Below, piece by piece: positions 8,624 through 18,378 of a DNA stretch of 64,000 nt. The stretch's first letter is position 1. The number at the start of each line of letters is the position of its first letter. Source of the stretch: Chloroflexota bacterium. GTDB lineage: Bacteria > Chloroflexota > UBA11872 > VXOZ01. Under the pieces are notes generated by a model. It was not told the origin of the DNA and did no database searches. It worked only from the letters and a program-made list of their open reading frames with translations. Made by a program: the position numbers and the translations under genes. Location of the stretch: contig OZ244922.1 in NCBI GenBank assembly GCA_965221905.1, positions 2,816,001 to 2,880,000 on the forward strand, given 5' to 3'.

Positions 8624-10434
8624 GTGGGCTCCAGCCAGATTGGGCTCGTCCACGCGCGATTGCCGTCCTGCTGGCGCACGCGCAGGTAGCAATAGTGGGC
8701 GTCCATAGGAGAAAACCGCAGCGGCACCTCGTCCTCCAATTGCACGTGCTGCTGACTGGGTGTGTAACTTCTGGCCGTGTCGCCGTTCACCACCAGGTCG
8801 ATCTGTTCGATGTCTGCCGTACCCACCACGTCCGCCGTAAAGCCAAAGCGGTCCGCCTGCACTGTGGAACCCACCCACGCGCCGTTCACGCGAAAATCAA
8901 CGATCATGCGCACGCCGCTTGTAGCGTAGCAGCGCCGGTTGAAGAGCGCATCGAAGATGGACGGTCTGTCCAGCCGTTCCGCCCACACGCCGGTTAGCCC
9001 GGCTACACCAGCCAGCGGCCCCGGTTCTTTGTAGGGATTGGCAGGCCGGCTGTCGTGGGTGTCGCTCCCGCTCACGAAGCCGAGCTTCACGCCTTGCATC
9101 AGGTACTGGTTGATCTTCTCTTCCTCCACCTCGCCGTCCGTTCTCTGCTTCTGATAGATCTCCGCCAGATGTTCTTGGACGTAGAAGTGTGTATGGAAGT
9201 GACCGTGCATTAGAGCTCCGCGGCGTTTCATTTCGCGGTAGAACTCTTGATAGTCGTTGCAGAAGACCGTGTCAGGGTGGAAACGCGCTTGGAGTCTCGG
9301 ATCGTGGGCCGCGGGCCGATCTTCGCAGAAAACCGGGGGCTGTCCCGCAATCTCTGGGAAGAAGGCATGCCGGTGACTGCCGTCGGGGGTGGTGCCGAAC
9401 TCCGCTGAAGGCAGCGCGACGAATTCCCCAGGTAGGTCATACTGCTGCCATGCGTCCTGAAGCGCTTCCCAAGTTTCTTTGATAGAAATACTGTAGGAGA
9501 ACAACTGGCCTCCGGCAAAGTCCAGGTCATTCACATCTTTGCCCCAGGCGAAGTGCTCGACGAAGGGGCGTTGGCTGAAGAGCATGCCGTGGGGATCACC
9601 CCAATAGAGCGAGAAGGGCGGCGGCTCTTCTGCGACCCGCACCGGGTTGCTCACGGCCTCGATGCCCCGATACGACGCCGTGACACTGTCTACCAGTCCC
9701 CGCACGGCTATCGTCCCTTCGGCGCTAAACGAATTAAGCGCGACCGTAGTCTTGCCACTGCCGGAACGCAAGGTCACCTCTCCCTGGGCATCGCGCACAG
9801 GATTGCCAAACCTATCGGTGACGACAACGCGAGTGGTCGCCTGCCCCGTGGTGTGAGAAGGCGTGGTTACTTGCAGGGCCGCCGGTTCAGCCTCCTTAAT
9901 CGCGAGCGGATTGCTCTCCAGCAAGGATAGTTCCGTATTCCGCGGCAGAAAGTAGTGGTGTTTGTCGCGTTCCGGGTGGTAGAACGTAAGCTCGCCAGAC
10001 GGGTCCTCGACCAGCCAAAACCGAAAGGCGTCGATGGCATTGCGGGGTAGCAGGAAGCCGTCAGGAGCAGTCTGCAGTTTCACCGTAACACTCTCTGCGG
10101 CCGTCACCGCGCCCTCAACGCACGTCACATGCACCACGTGGAGGAATTCAGGCGCCGGGAAATGAATATCAAACGTCCGCACCACGCCGCCACCAACGAG
10201 CGCCTCGGCCTCCCATGCCGATCCCGTCGGCCCGTGCACCGCAATCGATTCTGGCGACTCGAAGTTAAGCACCCACTCGTCAAGCTGGCGAATGTCGAAG
10301 AAGAACCAGAGATTCCCACCCGTCTGCAGGCCACCCGCCGGCGGCGTGTAGTGAAGCTGCAGCGTGACCGCTTCAGCAACTCGCAGCGGACCATCTACAC
10401 TGACCCGGAATCGCCCATTCACCCCCAAAGACAT
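8596..10434 (-). CDS. DUF3604/CehA-McbA-like PHP-fold metallohydrolase, duplicate copy
   Basis: LYWGDPH, HRH, GSDTH, RRCYATSG, AWTSPIW; collinear with 10888-12702; start set by paralog alignment (MSLGVNGRF vs MSANANGRF). Confidence 0.8.
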   Translation of the reverse strand: MSLGVNGRFRVSVDGPLRVAEAVTLQLHYTPPAGGLQTGGNLWFFFDIRQLDEWVLNFESPESIAVHGPTGSAWEAEALVGGGVVRTFDIHFPAPEFLHVVHVTCVEGAVTAAESVTVKLQTAPDGFLLPRNAIDAFRFWLVEDPSGELTFYHPERDKHHYFLPRNTELSLLESNPLAIKEAEPAALQVTTPSHTTGQATTRVVVTDRFGNPVRDAQGEVTLRSGSGKTTVALNSFSAEGTIAVRGLVDSVTASYRGIEAVSNPVRVAEEPPPFSLYWGDPHGMLFSQRPFVEHFAWGKDVNDLDFAGGQLFSYSISIKETWEALQDAWQQYDLPGEFVALPSAEFGTTPDGSHRHAFFPEIAGQPPVFCEDRPAAHDPRLQARFHPDTVFCNDYQEFYREMKRRGALMHGHFHTHFYVQEHLAEIYQKQRTDGEVEEEKINQYLMQGVKLGFVSGSDTHDSRPANPYKEPGPLAGVAGLTGVWAERLDRPSIFDALFNRRCYATSGVRMIVDFRVNGAWVGSTVQADRFGFTADVVGTADIEQIDLVVNGDTARSYTPSQQHVQLEDEVPLRFSPMDAHYCYLRVRQQDGNRAWTSPIWLEPTVTPAKAGV

Positions 10435-10529
10435 CACCAATGCTCCCTGGGCTCTACCATTTGAAGTGACGGATACACAGTACACTTGTGCTACGGCATC
10501 GTATCATAAACACACCTCTTGGCAGTAAG

Positions 10530-10749
10530 CAGACGAGAAGACGCAGCGGGCGTCCTTGCGCCAATTCGGGCTCGACCCCGGCACCTGACCGTCAGCCTGG
10601 GTCTCGTGCACGTAGTGCCAGGCCGCGCAGTCTTGGGTAAACTCGATTTCGCCCAAAGTCAAGACGCTGCACCAGCCCGGGCTTCCCACCGCGTGCCGGT
10701 CACGGCTGTTCTCTACCACGACCACAATGGCAAGCAGGACTGGTTCATG
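10530..10749 (-). pseudogene. Decayed copy of the 3' end of the DUF3604 gene at 13124-14674
   Basis: HEPVLLAIVVVVENSRDRHAVGSPGW...WHYVHETQADGQVPGSSPNWRKDARCVF aligns without gaps to HGTAPLAKVVVVKNNQDWHVVEKPGW...WYYVRVTQEDGEMAWSSPIWIEDARRIF. Confidence 0.8.
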
Positions 10750-10750
10750 C

Positions 10751-10778
10751 CGTCATTCTGGCGCGGGCCGGAATCCAA
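10751..10778 (+). repeat. CGTC-type palindromic repeat (family A), copy d (degenerate)
   Basis: CGTCATTCTGGCGCGGGCCGGAATCCAA. Confidence 0.8.
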
Positions 10779-10887
10779 GCTAACTCTTGCTGCCACGCCG
10801 TTCCCGGCCGCAATCCCCCTCTGCTACACAATACGCCGCCCGCCGCAAGACAACACCCAAGCCCTCAAGTGCATTTTTCTACGGCGC

Positions 10888-12702
10888 CTACGCCATGGTC
10901 TCCAGCCAAATTGGGCTCGTCCACGCGCGATTGCCGTCCTGCTGGCGCACGCGCAGGTAGCAGTAGTTTGCGCCGATAGGAGAGAACCGCAGCGGCACCT
11001 CATCCTCAAGCTGCACGTGCTGTCGATTTGGCGTGTAGCTTCTGGCCGTATCGCCATTTACCACCAGGTCTATCTGCTCGATGTTTGCTGTTCCGACCAC
11101 GTCCGCCGTAAACGTGAAGCTGTCGGACTCTACCGTGGAACCTATCCAACTATCGTTCACGCGAAAGTCTACGATGATGCGCACGCCGCTGGTGGCGTAG
11201 CAGCGTCGGTTGAAGAGCGCATCGAATAGTGTGGGGCGGTCCAGCCGCTCCGCCCACACACCCGTCAGTCCTCCGGGACCGGATGGCCCCGGCTCCTTAT
11301 AGGGGTTCGCGGGCCGATTGTCGTGTGTGTCGCTGCCGCTAACGATGCCAAGCTTTAGGCCCCGCATCAGGAACTGGTTGATCTTTTCTTCCTCGGTAAC
11401 CCCGTCGGTCTGCTGCTTCTGATAGATTTCGGCCAGGTGTTCCTGCACGTAGAAGTGGGTGTGGAAGTGACCGTGAATGAGCGCTCCCCGGCGTTTCATT
11501 TCCCGGTAGAATTCCTGATAATCGCGGCAGAATACGGTATCAGGATGGTACCGGGCGCGGAGCTTTGGATCGTTCGCCGCGGGACGGTCTTCACAGAAGA
11601 CCGGCGGTTGGCCCGCAATCTGCGGGAAGAAGCCGTGACGGTGACTGCCGTCGGGCCCGGTGGCGAACTCCGCCGACGGCAACGCAACGAATTCACCCGG
11701 CAGGTCATATTTCGCCCACGCGTCCTGCAACTCTTCCCAGATCTCACTGATACATATGCTGTAGGAAAAGAGCTGACCTCCCGCAAAGTCTAGATCGTTT
11801 ACGTCCTTGCCCCAGGCGAAGTGTTCGACGATGGGGCGCTGGTTGAAGAGCATGCCGTGCGGGTCACCCCAATAGAGCGTGAAAGGGTCAGTATCCTTAT
11901 CGACTCGCACCGGGTTGCTCACGGCCTCAATGCCCCGATACGAGGCCGCGACTCCATCTACAGGACCCTGCACCGGCACTGTTCCCTCAGTGCTGAACGA
12001 GTTGAGCGCCGTCGTTGTCTCGCCGCTGGCAGTCCGCAGAGAGACCTCACCTTCGGCATCCCGGACGGGATTGCCAAATCTATCGGTGACGACGACCCGT
12101 GTCGTTGCCTGCCCCGTGGCAAGAGAGGGCGTGGTCACTTGCAGCACGGCCGGTTCGGCAGCATTGATCGTGAGCGGATTGCTCTCCAAGACCGAAAGTT
12201 CCGCCTCACGCGGCAGGAAGTAGTGGTACTTATCGCGGTCGGGGTGGTAGAGGGTAAGCTCGCCTGTTGGATCCTCCACGAGCCAGAAGCGGAAAGCGTC
12301 GATGGCGTTCTGGGGAAGTATGAATCCTTCAGGAACGCTACGCAGTTGAATGGCGATGTGATCGCCTGCCGCCACTGTGCCACCGACGCACTTCACGTGC
12401 ACCGCGTGGAGGAATTCGGGGGCCGGAGAGTGAATGTCAAACGTGCGCACCGTGCCGCCATCAAGGAGCGCCTCCGCTTGCCAGGCCGTGCCTGACGGCC
12501 CGTGCACGGTAATGGCATCGGCCGTCCTATACGTCTGCCTGCGTTCGCCAAACTGACGGATGTCGTAGAAAAACCAGAGATTGCCGCCAGTCTGCATACC
12601 GCCGTCAGGAGGCGCGTAGTGCAACTCCAGAGCCACAGTCTCTGCAACCTGCAGCGGCCCTTCTACACGTACTTGAAACCGTCCGTTGGCATTCGCCGAC
12701 AT
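10888..12702 (-). CDS. DUF3604/CehA-McbA-like PHP-fold metallohydrolase
   Basis: Same motifs as 8596-10434, high identity by eye. Confidence 0.8.
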   Translation of the reverse strand: MSANANGRFQVRVEGPLQVAETVALELHYAPPDGGMQTGGNLWFFYDIRQFGERRQTYRTADAITVHGPSGTAWQAEALLDGGTVRTFDIHSPAPEFLHAVHVKCVGGTVAAGDHIAIQLRSVPEGFILPQNAIDAFRFWLVEDPTGELTLYHPDRDKYHYFLPREAELSVLESNPLTINAAEPAVLQVTTPSLATGQATTRVVVTDRFGNPVRDAEGEVSLRTASGETTTALNSFSTEGTVPVQGPVDGVAASYRGIEAVSNPVRVDKDTDPFTLYWGDPHGMLFNQRPIVEHFAWGKDVNDLDFAGGQLFSYSICISEIWEELQDAWAKYDLPGEFVALPSAEFATGPDGSHRHGFFPQIAGQPPVFCEDRPAANDPKLRARYHPDTVFCRDYQEFYREMKRRGALIHGHFHTHFYVQEHLAEIYQKQQTDGVTEEEKINQFLMRGLKLGIVSGSDTHDNRPANPYKEPGPSGPGGLTGVWAERLDRPTLFDALFNRRCYATSGVRIIVDFRVNDSWIGSTVESDSFTFTADVVGTANIEQIDLVVNGDTARSYTPNRQHVQLEDEVPLRFSPIGANYCYLRVRQQDGNRAWTSPIWLETMA

Positions 12703-12798
12703 AGTTCGCTGCCGCCTTTCGTCTCACTGCTTGAATTGCCTGGTATTTGACACTATGGCCCTGCGGTATCGTATCACAGGATGCGGCAAGGTGCTCTT

Positions 12799-12979
12799 GC
12801 TCATCGCCTGAAGTAGGGGCGGTTCGCCAAATGTTGGGGCGGTTCGCCAAATGTTGGGGCGGTTCGCCTGATGTTGGGGCGGTTCGCCTGCGTCGGGGCT
12901 CATCGCCTGATGTAGGGGCGGTTCGCCTGATGTAGGGGCGGTTCGCCTGATGTAGGGGCGGTTCGCGAACCGCCCCTAC
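12799..12979 (+). repeat. 20-nt tandem array of REP left arms ending in a complete GTAG-type REP
   Basis: Units GT(A/T)GGGGCGGTTCGCC(TG/AA)AT; perfect palindrome GTAGGGGCGGTTCGCGAACCGCCCCTAC at 12952-12979. Confidence 0.9.
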
Positions 12980-13123
12980 GCAGAATTGCACTCCCACGCT
13001 CGCCAACATGCAGGTACCGCATAGCACGGATGAGGATAAATTCCCGCTTGCGCGGAATTGACAGATCACATTTCCGCTTGAAAGGCAATTGCTGAGAATT
13101 GGAGAACAATCTGCGCAAATTGC

Positions 13124-14674
13124 CTAGAAAATCCGGCGCGCGTCCTCGATCCAAATGGGGCTCGACCACGCCATCTCGCCGTCTTCCTGCGTTACCCGCA
13201 CGTAATACCAGTCTGCCCGGACTTGGGGCATGTCGAGCTGGTCCAAGGTGAAAGCGCACTCCCAACCGGGCTTCTCCACCACGTGCCAGTCCTGGTTGTT
13301 CTTAACCACGACAACCTTAGCAAGCGGCGCCGTGCCGTGGACGCGCACGCGCATCTGCTTGGGCGGCGTTTGCACGCTGATGATTTCGCCCATAGGCTGA
13401 TTATCAACATCGAAGTCGAGATAAATGCGCACGCCGGTCGTGCCGATTGCACGGCGTTGCCAGAGGGAACTAAACATGGCGTCTCGTTCGCGGCGGCGTG
13501 ACCAGAGACCTGTCATGCCGGCGTGGTGGTTGAACGTGGTCAGTTTGATGGGCAAGTGCGCAATCTGCACGCTGCTCGTGGCGCGGCCGTCGTGACTCTC
13601 ACTACCGCCCACGAAGCCAAAGCGAAAGCCCTGCCGCAGTCCGTCCTGCAGAAAGTGACCGGTTGCTTCGTACGGCGGATACTCTGCTTGGGGTTCGTCC
13701 CACTGCGTGCGTTCGTTTCGTCCCTTCAGCGCAAAGGGTTCTCCCTCGTGCTCGCTACTTCCCCAATGGCTAAACACCTCCATGAGGCGCTCGAATTCCG
13801 GGTCCATGGTCTCCCAGTTGTGCCAGATGCGATTTCCCAGGCGCGCCGGGTGGTGAGGAATCGACAAAATGTCTCGGCCCGTGCGCGATATGCGACGAAA
13901 AGTGTTGAATAGGTCTTGCGGCGTGTTGGATCCCTTCCAATTGCTGGATATGAGCGGCATGTCGCCGAAGCGAAAGATGACATTGCGGTGGCCGCAGTCG
14001 GCGTCCGGCCCCCGGTTCCACGACCACTCGTAACCAAGCAACGTCACAAAGCGTTCCGGCTGGTTATAGAACTCCGCTCCTTCTTGAATCTCGCGCCATT
14101 CGTCCGTACTAAGCGCGTAATCATGGTCTGTTAAGGCCGTAAAGTCCAGATGGACCACGTCGCGCGCAAATCGATATACCTCATCGACAGTGGCAGGTCC
14201 ATAGCTCCAGAGCAGGGGGTCTGTGCGCTTGCGGCTGGGATTTTCCAGACGGTGGCAGTGCAAGTCTCCCCAATAGAGCTTGTGGTCGCCCTTGTAGAGA
14301 AACGCCGGCGCCCAACCGGGATTGCTGATGGCTTCTATGCCGGTCTCGCGGTCGCGTGCACGCACACGAAACACTCGGTCCTTCTCTGCAACATGTCCGC
14401 GCTCTGCGTGGTGACTATCGTACTCCGGCAGCATTGGCACGACCGCCGGGACCTCACCACTGGCCCCTTCCAAGGTGAGTTCCAGGTGGGCGCTCTGTTT
14501 GGGCAGGTGAAATCCCCATTGGTCCCGCAATTCAATGCCGATTTTGAATTCGCCATTGCTCACGTCCGGCGGCACAATACTGGGCACGTTCACGCGGATT
14601 TCCGCGAGTTCTGGTGTGCCTTTATAGTCCAACGGCAAGCGGATCAGGTTCGGATCGTATCTCTCTACAGCCAT
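13124..14674 (-). CDS. DUF3604/CehA-McbA-like PHP-fold metallohydrolase
   Basis: WGDLHCH, LTDH, GYEW, HRN, IPHH, GGSESH, AWSSPIW; AGGAG RBS before ATG 14674. Confidence 0.85.
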   Translation of the reverse strand: MAVERYDPNLIRLPLDYKGTPELAEIRVNVPSIVPPDVSNGEFKIGIELRDQWGFHLPKQSAHLELTLEGASGEVPAVVPMLPEYDSHHAERGHVAEKDRVFRVRARDRETGIEAISNPGWAPAFLYKGDHKLYWGDLHCHRLENPSRKRTDPLLWSYGPATVDEVYRFARDVVHLDFTALTDHDYALSTDEWREIQEGAEFYNQPERFVTLLGYEWSWNRGPDADCGHRNVIFRFGDMPLISSNWKGSNTPQDLFNTFRRISRTGRDILSIPHHPARLGNRIWHNWETMDPEFERLMEVFSHWGSSEHEGEPFALKGRNERTQWDEPQAEYPPYEATGHFLQDGLRQGFRFGFVGGSESHDGRATSSVQIAHLPIKLTTFNHHAGMTGLWSRRRERDAMFSSLWQRRAIGTTGVRIYLDFDVDNQPMGEIISVQTPPKQMRVRVHGTAPLAKVVVVKNNQDWHVVEKPGWECAFTLDQLDMPQVRADWYYVRVTQEDGEMAWSSPIWIEDARRIF

Positions 14675-14989
14675 GAAATCGCTCCTAAGAAAATACGAGA
14701 TCAAGTATTAGGAGATTTTGGCCTGCAGATGCGCAGCCAATAGCATGCGGTATGTTGTGATTAACCACCGTCAAATTAACGAAAGAGTCAACTATTCGCG
14801 CACATATATCCCAGTACTATTGTAAGAATACATCAATATCGCTATCATTGGCATGCGCAGACAAAGGGAGCCAAAGAAAGCATCAGAACACCGTCTTATG
14901 TCAACGGATTCTTTGTCTCCTTGCTAACTGCTAGAATCCTCACTGCATCTCGACAAGGACTCACCTTTACAGTCATTAGGAGAACCACA

Positions 14990-15655
14990 ATGCGCACACT
15001 GATTAGATCGTTACTAGCACTGCTAGCACTGTTCTTGGTAATCACACCGGTGGCGCTTTTCGCACAAAGCGAAACAGCAAGGCAAATTGTAGAGCTGGTA
15101 TTTTCCGATGACAAGTCTTCAATCACACTTGATGATTCCGTCACAAGCACCGCAGTTGTATCTTTCACTCATGATGGCAAAGACTATCAAATGAAAGTGC
15201 CAGTCACGATCGAGATTGATGAAACCATTGCTCTTCAAGACAGCATGAGCACGACCGAAAGCGCGGCCCGCGTTGGAGTCTATGGGATTGAAGTAACGGC
15301 CTTGGCGGAGACGACTGATGAGATAGTGATAGATTACAGCAGCTTTGAGCCAAGCAGTGATGAGCACAAATTGGCGCTCGTTGGGTTTACTCTTACAAAC
15401 CTCAGTGATTCTGCCAGAGAGTTTTCCTCATGGTTCAGTGCCGAGACCCTCATCGGGATTGATGATGCTGGGCGCAAGTTTGAGAGTGAACGAATACTAG
15501 GATGCGGCGAAGTTAACCCAGGGGACAAAGTCAATTGCATAGCCGTATTCAACCTAGTGAATGAAGTGACACTAACAAAGATTGAGATTCATGCGCTTGA
15601 TGAGAATACGGTTACTTTGCCTGAAGCTGAAGAGTACGAAGAGGTAGAAGATTAG
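14990..15655 (+). CDS. Exported protein, DUF4352-like Ig-fold
   Basis: AGGAG RBS, signal peptide ending ALFA/Q, VGFTLTN, DDAGRKF, VNPG motifs; AT-richer. Confidence 0.6.
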   Translation: MRTLIRSLLALLALFLVITPVALFAQSETARQIVELVFSDDKSSITLDDSVTSTAVVSFTHDGKDYQMKVPVTIEIDETIALQDSMSTTESAARVGVYGIEVTALAETTDEIVIDYSSFEPSSDEHKLALVGFTLTNLSDSAREFSSWFSAETLIGIDDAGRKFESERILGCGEVNPGDKVNCIAVFNLVNEVTLTKIEIHALDENTVTLPEAEEYEEVED

Positions 15656-15957
15656 TTATCGAAAAAGATAGGCGCCACATAGGAATTGAGAAGACTTCGC
15701 TAATTCATGTCTCTAGCGAAACGCGCTCGTTTGGCATTGCCACATTTGTAGTACCATCTGTGACTTGATGTCCACAGATTGCCCGCAATGCGAAGAGGCA
15801 CCCAACACCAACACCTAAGAGTGCAGAATCGGATGCCTCTCTTACGTTCAAGCAGTCACCTACTCTGGCTATTGAGCTAGTAAAGTACGCATTACCTTCG
15901 ACGTAACTCAACTGGGTAAGCCTCTCACCTGTCGTAATTTCGGCTCTTGCCCAGCCG

Positions 15958-17325
15958 CTACTCGCGCGCAAGCCACTCGTCGAGCACGGTCTGCGCTTGT
16001 GCCTCAGTGTTGCGCAAGCCTTCCTCGATGGTGATCTTGCCGGTAAGGATGTCCGGCACGCCGCCGCTCATAATGCCCAGCATTTCGTTGGCGCCGGGAG
16101 CCGAAATCACGAAGCGCCGCCCTTCCATCACGTCAACCTGGTGAATGACGAACGGATCGCCCCCGTGGTAGCGCTCGTCGTACGAAGTGTCGACGCGGAT
16201 CGGGAGGCGGTCGAAGTGCTTGGCCCAGCGGATGTTGACGTCCTCGACACCAAAATGCTCCATAAAGGTCCAGCCGAGATCCTTCTGCGTAGAGCCAACA
16301 GGCGATACCCACGTGTGGCAGCCGCCATAGGTGCGGTTGAAGCCATCCGCGGGTTTCGGCCAGTGACCCCAGTGATACTCGAGGTCCGGCGCTTCCTTAG
16401 CAATGCTCTCGAAGCGGATGGAGCCGGTGTCATAGAGGTTTGCCAGACGGCTGGCGTAGAAGTGGGCGCGCGCGTTCTCGTCACCTTTGAACTCTTGCAG
16501 CGCGTCGTAGCCGCCCTGCATATCGTGCACCTTCTTCAGCCAGGCCATGCCTTCACGGCCTTCCTCGGTGTTGAGGGTGATCTTCGTGCGCTCTTCATTG
16601 ATGTTCTCGCCGCCGAGCTGCCACATGGGCACCATCCACACGTGGCGGTTGGCCCACAACGGACCCCAGGCCACCTGTTCAATCGTACCGCTGCCGCCGC
16701 TCTTGAAGGACTTTGTAATAATGTCCTCTATCTGATCCCATGTCTCCGGCGGATTCTCCGGGTCTACGCCCGCATCGAGGTACAGATTGTCGTGGATGTA
16801 GAAGAAGCGCACATCGGGCCCAAAGGGCATGCTCCACACCTGCCCCTTATGGTCCATGTCTATGCGCAGCGAGGGCCAGATGTCATCCTTATTGATCACC
16901 GTTGACTGCGCGTAGTATTGCTCTAGGCTGTCAACGATACCGCCGGCCGCTACCTGCTGGTTCTGCCAGACGCCCACCTGACCGATGTCAGGAGACGCAT
17001 TCGCTGCTTGCGCGGCAATCAAGATGGTGAAGCGATTGCCTTCCGGTATCAGGTCCTTAACGGTAAGGCCCTCCACCAGGGCCTCGATCTCTTGCTTGAC
17101 TTCTAAGCCCAAGCCCGCTGAGAGGTCCCACCGCCTGGTTGTCCAGACTTCAAGCTCGACAGCCTCTGCCGGCGCCGGCTCTGAATCCTCCGCTTTCGGT
17201 GCCTCTTCCGCTGGAGCATCTGCGGACTCCATCGGGGCCGGCTGACCACAGGCTACAAACAATGCGCCTGCAGCGGTCGCGCCAACGCCACCGAGAAATG
17301 TCCGTCTCAGGATGCGGTCTCTCAT
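15958..17325 (-). CDS. ABC-type extracellular solute-binding lipoprotein (family 1), Tat-exported, no adjacent permease
   Basis: RRTFLG Tat motif, FVAC lipobox, Ala/Pro/Glu linker, PPETWD. Confidence 0.85.
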   Translation of the reverse strand: MRDRILRRTFLGGVGATAAGALFVACGQPAPMESADAPAEEAPKAEDSEPAPAEAVELEVWTTRRWDLSAGLGLEVKQEIEALVEGLTVKDLIPEGNRFTILIAAQAANASPDIGQVGVWQNQQVAAGGIVDSLEQYYAQSTVINKDDIWPSLRIDMDHKGQVWSMPFGPDVRFFYIHDNLYLDAGVDPENPPETWDQIEDIITKSFKSGGSGTIEQVAWGPLWANRHVWMVPMWQLGGENINEERTKITLNTEEGREGMAWLKKVHDMQGGYDALQEFKGDENARAHFYASRLANLYDTGSIRFESIAKEAPDLEYHWGHWPKPADGFNRTYGGCHTWVSPVGSTQKDLGWTFMEHFGVEDVNIRWAKHFDRLPIRVDTSYDERYHGGDPFVIHQVDVMEGRRFVISAPGANEMLGIMSGGVPDILTGKITIEEGLRNTEAQAQTVLDEWLARE

Positions 17326-17476
17326 TCCGTTTTCCTTTCGATTCATCAGACACGCAACTCATCTCGCCTCATACTTTAGCCCTTTCATTGGAGTGAGTGC
17401 AACCGCATGTGCGCGGGCTTCTCTATACTTAGGAGCAGAAGCAGATTTCCGCAATGCGCTCAGGGAAAAGAAACCC

Positions 17477-18274
17477 ATGACGGAGTGGCGCTACGAAAAG
17501 CTCACCTGGCCGGAAGTGCGGCAGGCGGCGCAAGAGAGAAAGTCCATCCTGCTGCCGGTGGCTGCTATCGAGCAGCACGGCCCGCACCTGCCAATTGACA
17601 CGGACAACGTCGCTGCGCTCGCCGTCTGCGAACGCGCAGCGCAATCCGCTCCACAGAAAGTGCTTTGCGCGCCGATAATCCACTACGGCTTCAACGAGCA
17701 CAACATGGACTTCCCAGGGACGATCTCAGTCCAAGCGCAACACTTCATCGATTACTGCTACGACGTTGCCGTGAGCTTCGCGCACCACCGCTTCCCAATC
17801 GTCCTCTTCGTCAACGGGCACGCCTCAAACGACCCGCTGCTGCAGGTTGCTGCCCGCCTCGCCACGCTGCACTCCGACGCTGCCTGCGCCGTTGTTTCAT
17901 ACTGGGACTTGGCGAAAGAGGACGTTCAGCAATGGCGCGAATCCGAGTACCCCGGCGGCATGGACCATGCCGGTGAATTCGAGACTTCGATTTACCTGGC
18001 TCTAGATCCGACGCGTGTACAAATGGGCAAGGCGCAGGCCGATTACCGCATTCGCACCAAATGGCACTACCGCGACCTCATGGGCGGCTCGCCGGTGAAG
18101 TATGTGGACTACCTCAGCAAGATGACGGCAGACGGCACCGGTGGCGATCCCACGCTCGGCGCTGCCTGGAAAGGCGAGCGCATCCTGGAGACGGTGAGCC
18201 AAGCAATCTTAGAGGTGGTAGATGATCTCAGCAACTTGGCCTACGGCCCGCGGATAGACCACCACGAAGAGTAG
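17477..18274 (+). CDS. Creatininase family amidohydrolase
   Basis: EQHGPHLPIDTD, FPGT, NGH, HAGEFETS, GDP motifs. Confidence 0.9.
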   Translation: MTEWRYEKLTWPEVRQAAQERKSILLPVAAIEQHGPHLPIDTDNVAALAVCERAAQSAPQKVLCAPIIHYGFNEHNMDFPGTISVQAQHFIDYCYDVAVSFAHHRFPIVLFVNGHASNDPLLQVAARLATLHSDAACAVVSYWDLAKEDVQQWRESEYPGGMDHAGEFETSIYLALDPTRVQMGKAQADYRIRTKWHYRDLMGGSPVKYVDYLSKMTADGTGGDPTLGAAWKGERILETVSQAILEVVDDLSNLAYGPRIDHHEE

Positions 18275-18378
18275 CGGACGTACAGGTTGCCCCTAGCTAT
18301 ATGCCGTGTTCAGTAGTGTCTAACCGCACACCCCGTGAACCGCATCTGCCAGCAAAAGACCTTTAGAGTCCGCAAAGG

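Noticed and set aside
12799-12979. CRISPR array
   Set aside because: 20-nt period, no unique spacers, no cas genes; the units are REP arms.
12605-13069. 154-aa ORF with TAPTSG repeats; similar ORFs at 18310-18892, 54495-55325 and 4452-4687
   Set aside because: These are translations of the non-coding palindromic repeats and arrays.
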